The translations under genes were made by a program, and so were the position numbers. Positions 52,816 to 63,270 of a stretch of DNA of 64,000 bases are shown one piece after another. This DNA comes from Candidatus Bathyarchaeia archaeon. Its GTDB lineage: Archaea > Thermoproteota > Bathyarchaeia > Bathyarchaeales > Bathycorpusculaceae. Location of the stretch: assembly GCA_038873195.1 (NCBI GenBank), contig JAVZEV010000001.1:150490-214489 (forward strand), in the 5' to 3' direction. Every line of letters starts with the position of its first letter. Positions within the stretch are counted from its first letter, which is position 1. Below the pieces are notes generated by a model. It saw only the letters and a program-made list of their open reading frames with translations, did no database searches and was not told the origin of the DNA.

Positions 52816-54333
52816 TTAAAGTTTGGTTTCTTTGAGTAGTTGTTTAATTTTTTCTATGTCTTCGCTTAGCACTCTGTCTTGTTCGAGCATTGGCACATGC
52901 TTTCTTATGAGCGCGTGAACTTTTTTTGTTCCTTTTCCAAGCTTTTCTAGTCCGCGAAAATCTGCTGCTTGAGCCGCGCATAATAGTTCTATGGCTATTA
53001 TGTATTCTGTGTTCTCCAAAATCTGCATGGCTTTTTCTGCAGCTGTCACTCCCATACTCACAAAGTCTTCATAATTTGCAGATGTTGGAATAGAATCTAC
53101 ACAGGCAGGATGCGCTAGAATCTTATTTTCCGAGACTAAAGCCGCAGCAGTGTACTGCACAGTCATAAAACCACTGTTCACGCCTGCTCTTGCCTTTGGC
53201 GGAATTAAGAAGGCTGGCAAACCATTGTTTAGTTTACCGTCAAGCAACCTTGCCGTTCTTCTTTCAGAAATGTTACCAACCATTGCTAATGCTATTCCAA
53301 GCAAGTCCATCGCGAGGGATACTGGTTGCCCGTGAAAATTCCCACCCGAAAGACAAGCTTGTTCTTCAGGAAAGATTAGAGGATTGTCCGTTGCCGAGTT
53401 AATTTCAACTTCCACAACCTTTCTTGCATAAGCTATTGCATCTCTTGCAGCGCCCAAAACTTGTGGTGCACATCTTAAACTGTAAGGGTCATGGGGACGC
53501 TGCCTCTTTTGCATGGCTTCATTTCCTGTTTGGACAAGCTGGCTTCCCGCAATAAGCGTTCTAATATTCTTTGCCGTCCACATTTGACCGGTATGCGGCC
53601 TGACATTGTGGATTTTTTCGTCAAAAGCATCAGAAACTCCAAGCAAAGCCTCAAGCGATAATGCAGTTGCTGCTTCTGCTGCTTCAATCAAGTTTTCAGC
53701 ATCGTGAACCGTTAATACCGCGATGGCTGTCATCAGTTGCGTGCCATTGTTAAGCGCTATTCCTTCCTTAAACTCAAGCTGGACAGGTGCTATTCCAGCC
53801 TTTTGCATGGCTTCTTTTCCGCTCATCACTTTGCCTTGGTATTCGGCTTTTCCTTCGCCTATGAGCACCAGAATCATATGGGATAAAGGTGCGAGGTCGC
53901 CGCTGGCGCCAACAGAACCTTTAGCTGGAACTATTGGATGTACGCCTTTGTTCAGCATTTCAACAAGTGTTTCTAAGGTTTCCAAGCGCACGCCTGAATA
54001 TCCCTTAGCCAAAGTGTTTGCACGCAGAAGCATTAAAGCGCGTACTATATCCGTGCTTAGGGGTTTTCCAACACCAGACGCGTGGCTTCTGATGAGGTTA
54101 ACTTGTAACTGTTTAATGTTGTCTGGTTGAATTGTTATGTTGCTTAATGCTCCAAAACCCGTGTTCACACCGTAGATGACGCGCTTTTCTCTGACTAGTT
54201 TTTCCAGAACCATGCGGCTTTTTTTTACTCGCTTTTTCGTTTCTTCTGGAATTGTTACTTTGGCGTTTTCTCGTGCAACCTTGACGATATCCTCAATTGT
54301 TAATGTTTCCCCGTCAACTTGCACTGCATGCAT
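52816..54333 (-). CDS. hutH: Histidine ammonia-lyase (MIO-dependent aromatic amino acid lyase family)
   Basis: GSVGASGDLAPLSH MIO-forming Ala-Ser-Gly triad. 505 aa. Confidence 0.9.
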   Translation of the reverse strand: MHAVQVDGETLTIEDIVKVARENAKVTIPEETKKRVKKSRMVLEKLVREKRVIYGVNTGFGALSNITIQPDNIKQLQVNLIRSHASGVGKPLSTDIVRALMLLRANTLAKGYSGVRLETLETLVEMLNKGVHPIVPAKGSVGASGDLAPLSHMILVLIGEGKAEYQGKVMSGKEAMQKAGIAPVQLEFKEGIALNNGTQLMTAIAVLTVHDAENLIEAAEAATALSLEALLGVSDAFDEKIHNVRPHTGQMWTAKNIRTLIAGSQLVQTGNEAMQKRQRPHDPYSLRCAPQVLGAARDAIAYARKVVEVEINSATDNPLIFPEEQACLSGGNFHGQPVSLAMDLLGIALAMVGNISERRTARLLDGKLNNGLPAFLIPPKARAGVNSGFMTVQYTAAALVSENKILAHPACVDSIPTSANYEDFVSMGVTAAEKAMQILENTEYIIAIELLCAAQAADFRGLEKLGKGTKKVHALIRKHVPMLEQDRVLSEDIEKIKQLLKETKL

Positions 54334-54557
54334 AATAATTATCTCCGATTACGAATAGGGACTTTCTAAACTTTAATCCTTTAGGGTATAAATCTTCTTT
54401 CTCATTCAATCATGAAAACTCGATTTATTTTTTGAAAAAACTGAAAAATCTTCGCGTATGACTAAATTGCCTTCAAATTTGGAATTGGTTTTTCATAAAA
54501 CTTTTATATCTGAGGGATTTGGATATGAGTAAATAATTAGTCTATTAAGGTGCTCGC

Positions 54558-54791
54558 ATGGAACCCAGCAAAAAACCGCTGAACGTGTTGGTTAAGCAAC
54601 TGAACGCTTACATTGCAGTTGTACTGAAGAACGGTTGCGAATACAAGGGAAAAATGATCAAATGTGACGGGCATATGAATATTCTTTTGGAAGGTGCAGC
54701 CGAGAGCAAGGATGATCAGCTCATTGCTAACTATGGAAATCTTTTGTTGCGTGGAAACAACATACTTTATATAATGTTGGATGTGCATTAG
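54558..54791 (+). CDS. Sm-like archaeal protein (SmAP/LSm)
   Basis: PLNVLVKQLNAYIAVVLKNGCEYKGKMIKCDGHMNILL...LLLRGNNILYI (Sm1/Sm2 motifs). Confidence 0.85.
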   Translation: MEPSKKPLNVLVKQLNAYIAVVLKNGCEYKGKMIKCDGHMNILLEGAAESKDDQLIANYGNLLLRGNNILYIMLDVH

Positions 54792-55687
54792 AAAGCGGTT
54801 AGTTTTCCTTTTCCTGTCACGTATTCCAGAGCTTCTTTAAGTGTGATTTCTAACATAAATTTGCGTTTGAAATATTGCAGAACGTTTTTTACGTCTCTGG
54901 TTAGCAGTTGTTGGGCGTTTGGGTGTTTTCTTGTGACGTATTGTGGCCAGTCGATGATGAGTATTTGCATGTTCGGCTTTAGTATAATGTTGTATTCGCT
55001 TAGGTCAGCGTGGATTACGCCGGCTTGCAAGTAGGCTTTTCGAATGTTATGCAGTATTCGCTTCAATATTTTTTCTGGTTCTGGAAGCTCCTTCCATTCT
55101 GCAAGTTCTGCTCCTTCAATCATTCCCATGGCTATGGCGTGGCGGTTCTGGTTTATTGGTTCTGGAACTGCCACTTTATGAGAAAAAGTGAGTGTTAAGG
55201 CTTGGAATTCTTTTTCTGCTGCGATTCTTGATTGGAAAAGCCAGTTGGCGTGTTCAGTTGTGTAGGCTCTTTTCCGCATTGTTTGGCGGAAACTTATTCT
55301 TCCAAGTCTGTGAAATTTTACGGCTATTTTTTCTCCTTTTGGGTTTAGAGCGTCGTATACGTCTGCTTCTTTGCCTACGCCTAAGGGTTTTCCGAAGGCT
55401 TCGAGCACGTTGGCTTTGACGAAAGCGTTTATTGCTAGGCAGTCGTAACCGGCATAATTTAAAGTGTAGCCTACGTATGCTCCTTGCATTTGGCGTATTA
55501 AACGTAATTTGTGGAGACGCTTTAGGCGAAAGTCGATTTCTTCAAGGTTGAATTTTGCGAATTTTGCGATTAGTTCTTTTGGGACGAATTCGTGTTTGCT
55601 CATTGCTGCTTCTATGACTTGCAGTACTCTGAAATCTTCGTTCTCTAAGGTGCGGAACACTTTCACTGCGGTTTCAGCTGACGACAT
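54788..55687 (-). CDS. RIO-type serine/threonine kinase, Rio2-like (N-terminal winged helix)
   Basis: EDFRVLQVIEAAM wHTH, LGVGKEADVY ATP loop, IHADLSEYNIL catalytic loop. Start taken at M23 of the track ORF. Confidence 0.85.
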   Translation of the reverse strand: MSSAETAVKVFRTLENEDFRVLQVIEAAMSKHEFVPKELIAKFAKFNLEEIDFRLKRLHKLRLIRQMQGAYVGYTLNYAGYDCLAINAFVKANVLEAFGKPLGVGKEADVYDALNPKGEKIAVKFHRLGRISFRQTMRKRAYTTEHANWLFQSRIAAEKEFQALTLTFSHKVAVPEPINQNRHAIAMGMIEGAELAEWKELPEPEKILKRILHNIRKAYLQAGVIHADLSEYNIILKPNMQILIIDWPQYVTRKHPNAQQLLTRDVKNVLQYFKRKFMLEITLKEALEYVTGKGKLTAF

Positions 55688-55784
55688 AACAGTACACAGA
55701 GTAGTTGTTTTATTATTAAAAGATGAAGTTGTTAAATTCTTGATTAAACACAAAACGTAATACTCAGTTTAGACAATAATAAAG

Positions 55785-56132
55785 ATGGGAGAATCATTGA
55801 GAAAAAAGGTCAAATTTTGGATGTTATTTTTATTAGGTGTTAGTATATACGCGCCATTTTTGCTGTTTTCTCTCATGATTCGCCATATCATGAACATTAT
55901 CTTATTCACTGCATGCTTTCTATTCTACAATTATGGAATCTACCATTTTGTTTGGAAGAAAGTGCAACCAAAATATCCAATGGTTCCGCCTGAAGGGCGA
56001 GTAGATGTTTATTTTCCGCGAACTAATATTCCAAGACCTATACATGAAGACGTACAGCACTATCCGGGTTTCTTCAAGAAGAAAGTAAAGAAAAAGTATG
56101 AGAGAACGAAAAAAATCAAAAAGAAGCGTTAA
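55785..56132 (+). CDS. Hypothetical membrane protein with a Lys-rich tail
   Basis: Two or three hydrophobic segments, then KKKVKKKYERTKKIKKKR. No homology recognised. Confidence 0.3.
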   Translation: MGESLRKKVKFWMLFLLGVSIYAPFLLFSLMIRHIMNIILFTACFLFYNYGIYHFVWKKVQPKYPMVPPEGRVDVYFPRTNIPRPIHEDVQHYPGFFKKKVKKKYERTKKIKKKR

Positions 56133-56136
56133 AGTT

Positions 56137-57294
56137 TTATTCTATGTCAATTATCTCGATTTTTTCGAAGCATTCTCCTATAGCGTCTTTCAAGTTCAGT
56201 CTTTTTTCGATTGATTCCACAATTTCTAAGTTAGCTTTTGTTGTGGGATGTTTTGCCATGAAAATTGAGCAGCAGTCCTTATAGGGTTGGATGGAAATTT
56301 CGAAAGTGCCAATTTGCTTAGCTAATTGGACGATTTCGTTTTTCTCGTAAGTTAAGAGTGGTCTAAGTATGGGTATATTTGTTGCTTTGCTGATTACCGC
56401 CATGTTTTCTAAAGTTTGCGAGGAGACTTGTGCCAAATTTTCGCCGCTTCCTATAGCATTTATGCTGTGTTTTTTGGCTATTTCCTCTGCAACCTTGACC
56501 ATGAACCTGCGGAACAAAACCAACCTGTATCTCGATGGCGCCTCTACGGCTTCGGCTTCGAAGGGATAAAAAGGAACAAAAAACATGCGCGTTTTGAAAC
56601 TGTACTGTGTCAAGACTTTCGCTAAATCCAAAATCTTGGCAAGTTTTGCTTCATCAAACCGTTCAAAAGCGTGGAAATGTAGAAAGTCAACAGTGCATCC
56701 GCGTTTCATTAGTAGCCATGCTGCCACGGGAGAGTCTATTCCGCCAGACAACAAGTGTAGAACTTTTCCTGAAACGCCAGAAGGCAAACCGTACAGTCCC
56801 TTAACTTTTCTGTCGAAAACGTATGCTTTTCCTCCGACAATCTCAACAAAAATGGTGGTTTCCGGTTCTTCCAATGAGATTTTAGCCTTGAATTGTTTTA
56901 CAAGATAAGCGCCTAATTCGCGGTTAACTTCCATTGACGTGTAGGGTACTGTCTTGTCTGCTCTGTTCGCTGAGACTCTTGCTTTTGTGCCTGCGGCTAT
57001 CGGGAAATTTTTTCTTACAAGCTCTTTTATTTTGTCTATGCTGGAGGCGTCTGTGGTTTTGCAAGGGGCGAACCATGCTATGCCGAAAACTTTCTTAAGC
57101 GCTTCTTCAATTATTTTTACGTTTGATTTTTTGTTTAGTTCTAGAATTATTCGTCCTTGAACTTTTCTTATTTTTTCGTATTCTACATTTTTTAAAGCAT
57201 TGTTTATGTTCTCAATTAGTTTTTTCTCAAAGAATGGTCTATTCAATCCTTTAAGTCCGAGTTCTCCGTAGTGAATTAAAACGTAATCAAACAC
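56137..57294 (-). CDS. thiI: tRNA 4-thiouridine synthase ThiI (THUMP plus PP-loop, no rhodanese domain)
   Basis: HYGELGLKGLNRPFFE, PP-loop LLSGGIDSPVAAWL. Confidence 0.9.
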   Translation of the reverse strand: MFDYVLIHYGELGLKGLNRPFFEKKLIENINNALKNVEYEKIRKVQGRIILELNKKSNVKIIEEALKKVFGIAWFAPCKTTDASSIDKIKELVRKNFPIAAGTKARVSANRADKTVPYTSMEVNRELGAYLVKQFKAKISLEEPETTIFVEIVGGKAYVFDRKVKGLYGLPSGVSGKVLHLLSGGIDSPVAAWLLMKRGCTVDFLHFHAFERFDEAKLAKILDLAKVLTQYSFKTRMFFVPFYPFEAEAVEAPSRYRLVLFRRFMVKVAEEIAKKHSINAIGSGENLAQVSSQTLENMAVISKATNIPILRPLLTYEKNEIVQLAKQIGTFEISIQPYKDCCSIFMAKHPTTKANLEIVESIEKRLNLKDAIGECFEKIEIIDIE

Positions 57295-57336
57295 GAATAG
57301 GATATTTTTCGGCTTAATTTAAAAACTTTCCATTTT

Positions 57337-58314
57337 TTAAGTTCGATAGCCCCCGAGCGTAGTTGCCAGAAATATGCTATAAATGAAAAGTAGAACGGCG
57401 CCTTCTCTCCAGCTTACTTTTTCGCTTGAAAGGAAATACCATAAGAAAAGATTTGTTATTAACGAGAACATAACCAAGTTAGAGAAAGCAGTCATGTTAA
57501 CTGTGAATGCTGATGCTGCTAGGGTTACACCGAGAATGCACGTTATGTTTATGAAGCAACTTCCTACAATGTTGCCCAATGCCATGTCTAAATGTCCTTT
57601 TCTTGTTGCGTCAATGCTCGTCGCCAGTTCCGGTATGCTTGTACCGAAGGCAACAACTGTCGCGCCGATAACAACGCGTGGCACGCCTACGCTGAGGGCT
57701 ATGTAAGAGGCGGAGTCAACGATGAAGTAAGAGCTGGCTACTACGCCGGCGGCGCCGAGAAATGTCAGAAGTGCGTATTTGCCTATTTTCTGCTTTTCTG
57801 AGCCTAGGGAGCTTTCTTCTTTTACTTTTCTTATTCTGGAAAGCTGGAAAAGATAGAAAACAAAAATTGTCAGCAGAATTATTCCTATGTATTGGCTTGC
57901 ATATCCAATGTAAAGCAGAGTTAGCGGGATAACTGAAGCTATAAAAAGTCCGAAGTATAAGCTTCCTATTTCTTCTTTTGCCATAGTAGGGTACATAGAA
58001 GTGTATCTTGGACATTTCAAAACCACAATCAAAAAGCAGATGCCTAGTATTAAGCAAATGTTTACGATGTTTGAACCCAAAACGTTTCCTATGGCGACGC
58101 CTACATTTTCTCTTGACACTGCAGCAAAAATGGCTACGCTGAGTTCAGGTAAGGATGTGGAAAATGCGACTAGTATGAATCCCACGGTGGTTTTTCCTAT
58201 TCCTGTTATTTCCGCGACTCTGGCGGAGTTTGTGATTGTCCAGTCGCTGGCTTTGTCTAAAGCAACCAATGATACTATAAGAATTATGACATTAACCAGC
58301 AGTCCCTCGAACAA
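57337..58314 (-). CDS. Ca2+/cation antiporter (CaCA, YrbG-like)
   Basis: Two alpha-repeats, GNVLGSNIVNI and GNIVGSCFINI. Confidence 0.85.
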   Translation of the reverse strand: MFEGLLVNVIILIVSLVALDKASDWTITNSARVAEITGIGKTTVGFILVAFSTSLPELSVAIFAAVSRENVGVAIGNVLGSNIVNICLILGICFLIVVLKCPRYTSMYPTMAKEEIGSLYFGLFIASVIPLTLLYIGYASQYIGIILLTIFVFYLFQLSRIRKVKEESSLGSEKQKIGKYALLTFLGAAGVVASSYFIVDSASYIALSVGVPRVVIGATVVAFGTSIPELATSIDATRKGHLDMALGNIVGSCFINITCILGVTLAASAFTVNMTAFSNLVMFSLITNLFLWYFLSSEKVSWREGAVLLFIYSIFLATTLGGYRT

Positions 58315-58437
58315 GGTAACCCGCTCCTTTTCTTAATTCCTAACTGATATCCGTTAAAAGTGTTTCCCACATTTTTAATCGAAACTAAACAGAAACTTGC
58401 ACAAAACAAAAATCACGTAAACACTATAAATCTACTC

Positions 58438-59271
58438 ATGTCTTCGTTCAAGATAGTGTTTCTTGGAACTGGCGGCGGAAGATTCGCAACAATCACGCAG
58501 AAAAGACGCACTGCAGGAATACGCATAATAAATGACAGTTTAAATTTGCATTTGGATCCTGGACCTGGGGCTCTTGTATACTCCATTAATGAAGGATTGG
58601 ATCCGCAGAAGATTAACGCCGTTTTTGTTTCTCATTGCCATCCTGACCATTATACGGATGCTGAGGTTCTGATTGAGGCTATGACGCGGGGTATGACCCG
58701 AAAGCGAGGCGTGCTTGCCGCTGCTCGTAGCGTTTTGAATGGGAGCGATGTGTGTGAACCTTCAATATCGAAATATCATCAGCAAATGCCGGAGCAGAAA
58801 ATTGTGACTTTGCCTGGCGTGAAATTTCAAGTTGGAGATGTTAATGTTTTAGTCACTGAAGCGCGGCATACTGATCCGGACGCTGTGGGTTTTAGGTTTG
58901 AAACTCAAGAGTTTGGTGACTTCGCGTATACAAGTGACACTGAATATTTTGAGGGTATAAGCAAATACTACGAGGATGTGAGACTTCTGTTACTGTGTGT
59001 CATGCGACCAGCGGGAAAACCTTGGAAGGGACACATGACAACAAACGATGCCATAAAGATAATTGAGAATACGCGTCCGGAGCAGGCGGTTTTAACGCAT
59101 CTTGGAATGCAAATGATATTTAAGGGACCAGCGAACGAGGCAGGATTAATCAAAGAGAAGACAGGGGTTCCCACAGTTGCCGCTACAGATGGTATGCTGA
59201 TAGATTTCGGTGAAGCAATAGCCATTCAAGCGTCTAGAAAAACGCAGCAGGGCTTAGACAGGTTTTTCTAA
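58438..59271 (+). CDS. MBL-fold metallo-hydrolase
   Basis: FKIVFLGTGGG, VSHCHPDHY (HxHxDH). Start taken at ATG 58438 inside track ORF 58360-59271. Confidence 0.75.
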   Translation: MSSFKIVFLGTGGGRFATITQKRRTAGIRIINDSLNLHLDPGPGALVYSINEGLDPQKINAVFVSHCHPDHYTDAEVLIEAMTRGMTRKRGVLAAARSVLNGSDVCEPSISKYHQQMPEQKIVTLPGVKFQVGDVNVLVTEARHTDPDAVGFRFETQEFGDFAYTSDTEYFEGISKYYEDVRLLLLCVMRPAGKPWKGHMTTNDAIKIIENTRPEQAVLTHLGMQMIFKGPANEAGLIKEKTGVPTVAATDGMLIDFGEAIAIQASRKTQQGLDRFF

Positions 59272-59322
59272 AGAATTTTTAACTAGAACCACTTGTATAA
59301 TGGGCTGAAGGATGTAAAAGCA

Positions 59323-59997
59323 ATGCGTGTCGTGCTGAGGATAGGCGGTTCGGTTGTTGCTTCTCCGTTGAATTCCGACTTAATCAGTAAATATGTGGGT
59401 TTATTGAACGATTTGCGTAAAAAGGGACATGAAGTGGCGGTTGTTGTTGGCGGCGGCACCTTAGCCCGAGAATTCATTAAAGCCGCAAAAGAATTGAGCT
59501 TGAATGAAAAGGCTCAAGACGAAGTTGCCATTTCCGTTTCGCGACTCTACGCGCAACTTTTCCTTAAAGCACTTGGAAAGTTAGGCTGCGAACATGTTCC
59601 CTTGACGGTTGAGGATGCTGTAGAATGCGTGCGTAAAGGGAAAATTGCGGTCATGGGAGGTTTGAAGCCTGGCATGACAACGGACACTGTTGCTGCTTTA
59701 ATCGCCGAGAAAGCAGATGCTAGTTTGCTGGTTAAGGCTACTGACCAAGAGGGCGTTTATGATAAAGACCCGAGGAAATACGCAGACGCTGTTAAACTTG
59801 AGCGTTTAAAGTTTAAGGATTTGTCACATGTGCTTGCCGAGAATAAGCACAAAGCGGGTATACACCAGATTATTGACCCAGAAGCGATTAAAATTCTGGG
59901 ACGTAAGAGAATTAGGATGATTGTTTTGAACGGCTTTAAACCCGAAAATGTTTTGGCCGCTGTTAATGGCGAGCATATTGGAACGTTAATAGAGTAA
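59323..59997 (+). CDS. pyrH: UMP kinase, archaeal type
   Basis: MRVVLRIGGSV..., VAVVVGGGTLAR, amino-acid-kinase fold. Start taken at ATG 59323. Confidence 0.9.
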   Translation: MRVVLRIGGSVVASPLNSDLISKYVGLLNDLRKKGHEVAVVVGGGTLAREFIKAAKELSLNEKAQDEVAISVSRLYAQLFLKALGKLGCEHVPLTVEDAVECVRKGKIAVMGGLKPGMTTDTVAALIAEKADASLLVKATDQEGVYDKDPRKYADAVKLERLKFKDLSHVLAENKHKAGIHQIIDPEAIKILGRKRIRMIVLNGFKPENVLAAVNGEHIGTLIE

Positions 59998-60030
59998 GCT
60001 GGTTGTTTGCGACAAGTTTAAATATCACTG

Positions 60031-60050
60031 TCGATATCGCTATCGATATC
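60031..60050. promoter_or_regulatory. Direct repeat TCGATATC-GCTA-TCGATATC upstream of PadR 60066. Candidate operator.
   Basis: Read directly. Each unit contains the GATATC palindrome. Confidence 0.3.
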
Positions 60051-60065
60051 AATGGTGATAAATAT

Positions 60066-60620
60066 ATGCGTCCCTTTGGAAGACATTGGATGAAACACAC
60101 AGCACTTGTTCCCAAGGGCTTCATACGTTATCAAGTTCTCGAACTATTAAGCGAAAAACCTATGTCTGGCTCAGAAATAATGGACGAAATTGAAAAGAGG
60201 ACGGATGGGCGGTGGAGACCGAGCCCCGGTTCGATTTATCCGCTCTTGTCATGGTTGCAGGATAACGCTTACGTGAAAGAGTTGCCCGTTGAAGAAAATG
60301 GCATGAAACGTTACGCGCTTACTGATAAAGGCAAAAAACTTCTCGAGGAACAGCGGCAGATAAAGATGAAGTTCAGAAAAGAAGTGCGTTTTATGCCGCC
60401 GCCTTTCTTAGGCGCCTTGTGGTTCCGTATTCCTCCGGAAAAAACCATCCAACTGCGCAAGTCTATGCATAGAGTTTTTTCTGCCTTCTTCGAGCTTGGA
60501 AGCAATTTAGAGAAAAAGTTTTCTGAAAAAGCGTTGGAGGAAGTTCAGAAAATTTTGGATGAAACAGCAGAAAAAATTGAAGAGTTGAATAAAAAATTGG
60601 AGAGGAAATCCGATGAGTGA
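60066..60620 (+). CDS. PadR family regulator with an extended C-terminal helical domain
   Basis: FIRYQVLELLSEKPMSGSEIMDEI...GSIYPLLSWLQDNAYV...KRYALTDKG. Its stop overlaps the start of the ABC ATPase. Confidence 0.75.
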   Translation: MRPFGRHWMKHTALVPKGFIRYQVLELLSEKPMSGSEIMDEIEKRTDGRWRPSPGSIYPLLSWLQDNAYVKELPVEENGMKRYALTDKGKKLLEEQRQIKMKFRKEVRFMPPPFLGALWFRIPPEKTIQLRKSMHRVFSAFFELGSNLEKKFSEKALEEVQKILDETAEKIEELNKKLERKSDE

Positions 60621-61614
60621 AAATGTAATCGAGACTGAAGGCTTGACGAAAGTTTTCAATAAGAGTTTAGTAGCTGTTGACCACGTGAGCTTCAGTGTGA
60701 AGCAAGGCGAAATTTTCGGTTTTTTGGGTCCTAATGGTGCTGGAAAAACAACGACGATTAACATGTTGATAACGATTTTGAAGCCTACCGAAGGCAAAGC
60801 ATCAGTGTTAGGCTTTGATATTGTGAAACAGAACAATGAAGTTAGGAACGTGATTGGAGTTGTGCCGCAGGAATATACTGCTGACGAAGACTTAACCGGT
60901 TTAGAAAACATTCTCTTATGCGCTTACCTTTACGGGATTCCACGAGACATCGCAAAAGAACGAGCTATGGAACTGCTTAAGCTGGTGGAGTTAACCGAGT
61001 TTAAAGACAAGAAGGTTCAAACTTATTCTGGCGGGATGCGCCGCAGGCTCGAGCTTGCATGCGGATTAGTCAATAGACCAAAAGTGCTTTTTTTGGATGA
61101 GCCTACGTTAGGGTTGGATGTTCAAACTAGAGCTGCAACTTGGGACTACATTCGAAAGTTGAAGAAGGAGTATGGGATGACGCTTTTCATGACTACACAT
61201 TATCTTGAGGAAGCAGATGCTCTTTGCGACCGTATTGCAATAATTGACCATGGAAAAATAGTTGTGATTGGCACGCCAGAAGAGCTTAAGCACAGCTTAG
61301 GTGGCGACATCATAACCTTAAGTATTAAGGAGAATGCGGATGTAAGCGAACTTATCCGCTCTGTGGAGCACGTGAAGGAAGTTAAGAATGAAGATGGCTC
61401 ATACAGAATTAAGGTTGAATATGGCGAAATAACCGCCCCATTTATAATTGAAGCTCTGCGAAGTAGAGGATACACGGTAACGAAGCTTTCAATGACGGAA
61501 CCAACATTGAACGAGGTTTACTTGGAATATACTGGCAGGTCAATGCGTGATACTGAAGAGTCTCGCGAAACTTTTAGGGCGCATAGAATGACCATGAGGA
61601 GGGCAAGAGCATGA
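60613..61614 (+). CDS. ABC transporter ATP-binding protein (DrrA-like)
   Basis: GPNGAGKTT, YSGGMRRR, LFLDEPT. Confidence 0.9.
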   Translation: MSENVIETEGLTKVFNKSLVAVDHVSFSVKQGEIFGFLGPNGAGKTTTINMLITILKPTEGKASVLGFDIVKQNNEVRNVIGVVPQEYTADEDLTGLENILLCAYLYGIPRDIAKERAMELLKLVELTEFKDKKVQTYSGGMRRRLELACGLVNRPKVLFLDEPTLGLDVQTRAATWDYIRKLKKEYGMTLFMTTHYLEEADALCDRIAIIDHGKIVVIGTPEELKHSLGGDIITLSIKENADVSELIRSVEHVKEVKNEDGSYRIKVEYGEITAPFIIEALRSRGYTVTKLSMTEPTLNEVYLEYTGRSMRDTEESRETFRAHRMTMRRARA

Positions 61615-62552
61615 GCAAACAGAATGAGCATCATCCGAAGAAACTTCATGGACTCTGGGCTTTGACTAACCGAGAACTTAAAAAATGGCTAAACGAGCCC
61701 GTAATACTTCTTATGGCCATACTTCAACCGATAATATGGATGGGTCTGTTCGGAAAGGCAATGAACTTGGGCAACATGTTCTCAAGCAGCAACTTCAATT
61801 TAAATATGCCAGACGTTACTTTTTATTACCCACCAATTGCTGGAAACATAACAATTCCCGGTTCAGTGCTCTCGCCGATTTTTCAAAACATGTTTAGCAA
61901 TATGGGTCCAAGCGTGATGAAAAATATTTTCGGCGTTACGGATTACTTCAGCTACATGTCAGTGGGCATGATATCTTTCATCGTGTTGTTCACCACAATG
62001 TTCAGTGGCATGTCCATAGTCTGGGACAGACGCTTGGGGTTTTTAAACAAAGTACTCAGCACGCCTGTCTCGAGAGCAGCAATCATATTTTCAAAGGTTC
62101 TTAATGCGTCTTTGAGAGCAATGTTTCAAGCCACAATAATCCTAGTGCTCGCGGTAATATTTGGTTTGCAAGTCAGTTCAACCTTTACTCCACTAAACAT
62201 ACTCTTATTATACGCTGCAATATTCCTTCTTTGTCTAGGGTTGTCCTCCGTGTTTTTGGCGCTCGCTTTGCGGTCTACTAAATGGGAAACGCAGATGGCG
62301 ATTGTGAACCTTATTAACTTGCCATTGATGTTTGCGAGCAACACGTTCTTTCCAATCTCTCAGATGCCAGACTGGATACAAGCAATAGCACGTGTGAATC
62401 CAATAAGCTACTTGACAGACGCTATTAGGCAACTAACAGTGTACGAATTAAACGCGACATCGTTGATGTTTGACTTTGCTTTTCTCGGCATCTTCGCAGT
62501 TGTGTTCTCCATAATCGGCATACTGCTCTCATGGAAGTATCTCACAAAGTAA
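61611..62552 (+). CDS. ABC-2 type transporter permease
   Basis: 313-aa polytopic ORF, translationally coupled (ATGA) to the ATPase. Confidence 0.8.
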   Translation: MSKQNEHHPKKLHGLWALTNRELKKWLNEPVILLMAILQPIIWMGLFGKAMNLGNMFSSSNFNLNMPDVTFYYPPIAGNITIPGSVLSPIFQNMFSNMGPSVMKNIFGVTDYFSYMSVGMISFIVLFTTMFSGMSIVWDRRLGFLNKVLSTPVSRAAIIFSKVLNASLRAMFQATIILVLAVIFGLQVSSTFTPLNILLLYAAIFLLCLGLSSVFLALALRSTKWETQMAIVNLINLPLMFASNTFFPISQMPDWIQAIARVNPISYLTDAIRQLTVYELNATSLMFDFAFLGIFAVVFSIIGILLSWKYLTK

Positions 62553-62580
62553 AAGCTAAAGACAAAAATGGAGACTTAGC

Positions 62581-63270
62581 ATGACAACAATTGTTGAAGC
62601 GGCTAACCTTAAAAAAACTTACATGCTGGGCAAGGTTCCAGTGGAAGCCCTTCGCGGTGTTAATCTAAAGGTTGAAAGCGGTGACTTCGTCGCTATTCTC
62701 GGGCCTTCTGGAAGCGGCAAATCAACACTGCTGAATTTGATAGGCGCTTTAGATAAGCCGACAGAAGGAAAATTGCTGATTGAAGGAGTGGATGTCTCAA
62801 CGCTTAATGACAATCAATTGGCAGACCTTAGACGCCGCATAGGCTTTGTTTTTCAATTCTTTAATTTGATTCCTCGATTTACAGCGAGAGAAAACGTGGA
62901 GTTATCAATGTCTATAGTTGATGTAGGCAAAGCTGAAAGAAGAAAACGCGCGGAAGAGCTTCTTGAAATTGTGGGATTGAAGGAGCGAATGAATCATAAG
63001 CCAGCCGAGCTCAGCGGTGGCCAACAGCAGCGTGTGGCAATTGCACGCGCCTTAGCGAATAACCCCAGATTTTTGTTGTTGGACGAGCCGACTGGAAATA
63101 TCGATTCTAAGGCTGCAAGCGAAATAATGGGACTAGTCAAGAGGCTCAATGAAGAGAAAGGCGTAACCATAATAATGGTCACACACGATCAGCGCTTAGC
63201 ATCGCAAGCACAGAGAACACTGCAGATGTTTGATGGTTTAATAATTAATGAAAGGGTGAATCACAAATGA
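62581..63270 (+). CDS. ABC transporter ATP-binding protein (MacB/LolD-type)
   Basis: GPSGSGKST, LSGGQQQRVAIARAL, LLLDEPTGNID. Confidence 0.9.
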   Translation: MTTIVEAANLKKTYMLGKVPVEALRGVNLKVESGDFVAILGPSGSGKSTLLNLIGALDKPTEGKLLIEGVDVSTLNDNQLADLRRRIGFVFQFFNLIPRFTARENVELSMSIVDVGKAERRKRAEELLEIVGLKERMNHKPAELSGGQQQRVAIARALANNPRFLLLDEPTGNIDSKAASEIMGLVKRLNEEKGVTIIMVTHDQRLASQAQRTLQMFDGLIINERVNHK